Below, piece after piece: positions 34,388-35,140 of a stretch of 35,140 nt of DNA (position 1 is its first letter; each line of letters opens with the position of its first letter). Origin of the DNA: a virus (lineage: Duplodnaviria > Caudoviricetes); IMG/VR virus record IMGVR_UViG_3300032373_000067, positions 1 through 35,140 of that record. One strand, 5' to 3'. The notes under the pieces were generated by a model. The model was not told the origin of the DNA, did not search any database, and saw nothing but the letters and a program-made list of their open reading frames with translations. The position numbers and the translations under genes are program-made.

Positions 34388-35082
34388 GCAACCTACCGAT
34401 AATATTTGAATCAAACACTTCTTTAAGAGAATACAAAGAAGAAGACTTAACTTTAATACTTATAACTGAGTTAATGCCATGGTTAAGTAAACTTCTATCA
34501 CTTACGGATGAAGTAAGCGCAAACAGGTTAGAAATGGCTTTACCCGCTATAAAGACTCAATGTATCGGAATGGGGTTTGTAGAAATAAAGAAGATGTTTG
34601 AAATGTATGTAGATGGTAAAATGAATTTAGAAGCTAGAACCAATTTCTTTGACAGAATACTGCTTGGAAAAATAGTGTCAGAATACAAGCGAATACAAAA
34701 CCAAAAACAAAGTACTGTGAAAAAGGAGGAAAGTATATCTTCAGAAGAAAAGAAAAAGATTAATGATGATATTTTGAAAAGAGTAGAATCATTTTTTAGA
34801 GAAAACAGATACATTAAAGAAGATGATTTTTACGCCTTTGATATTTTAGAGAGCAGAAAGGAAATAATATTAACTTTAAATCAGAAAAAAGAGATTAAAA
34901 AAGATGCTATTGATGCTTTAGAAATAGAGTACTTAAACAAAAAACCTTCTTCAAGGTCAGAGCACAATGAGATACAAAGTGTAATTAAAAGCTTAAAAAA
35001 CAAAAACAATCCTAGAGTTAAAATAAAGTGTAAACAACTAGCTTTAGAAGATTATTATAGAAAAAAAACATTAAGAGAGTAA
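34384..35082 (+). CDS. Hypothetical replication-associated protein (possible helicase loader)
   Basis: 232 aa helical protein downstream of the initiator once the cassette array is discounted; function inferred from position only. Confidence 0.5.
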   Translation: MSNLPIIFESNTSLREYKEEDLTLILITELMPWLSKLLSLTDEVSANRLEMALPAIKTQCIGMGFVEIKKMFEMYVDGKMNLEARTNFFDRILLGKIVSEYKRIQNQKQSTVKKEESISSEEKKKINDDILKRVESFFRENRYIKEDDFYAFDILESRKEIILTLNQKKEIKKDAIDALEIEYLNKKPSSRSEHNEIQSVIKSLKNKNNPRVKIKCKQLALEDYYRKKTLRE

Positions 35083-35140
35083 ATTGCCTGGACGCTCAAA
35101 AATCATCATATAGTGCTATTTATAAAGCATTGATGTAAAT
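35048..35140 (+). repeat. Terminal direct repeat, right copy
   Basis: Identical to 1-93. Confidence 0.95.

Noticed and set aside
592-34814. Antisense or alternate-frame track ORFs (e.g. 592-876, 782-1036, 1314-1604, 2615-2896, 5186-5386, 8559-8816, 9030-9227, 14526-15863 minus, 16397-16594, 18692-18928, 21011-21415, 21656-21856, 23288-23686, 30282-30614, 34557-34814)
   Set aside because: They overlap better-supported genes and have the Phe/Leu/Ser/Ile-rich composition typical of shadow ORFs.

Overview
This looks like a complete, circularly permuted genome of about 35.05 kb: bases 1-93 repeat at 35048-35140. It is an AT-rich tailed phage (siphovirus-like), probably infecting Bacteroidota/Flavobacteriaceae, judged from the recurrent TAnnTTTG promoter boxes. 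Modules in order: small accessory genes (1-4.1 kb); terminase, portal and HK97-fold head genes (4.4-13.4 kb) with a reverse-strand gene island; tail genes with a -1 frameshift chaperone (13.5-20.7 kb); adenine/N4C methyltransferase and lysis genes (20.8-23.2 kb); a divergent HTH region (23.2-24.9 kb); and recombination/replication genes with a C5 methyltransferase (24.9-35 kb). I see no integrase. The main finding is a dispersed integron-like cassette system. Accessory genes are bracketed by attC-like imperfect inverted repeats with AAC...GTT cores. Genes sit inside the attC loop or are translated through the attC arm, G-T wobbles favour the coding strand, and arrays end in a recurring AAC-N7/8-ATAnnnAA site. 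A separate array of mini-genes joined by TAA(n)CTGTA junctions lies at 2.0-3.9 kb. All calls come from reading motifs by eye; no database searches were run, so novelty is unverified.
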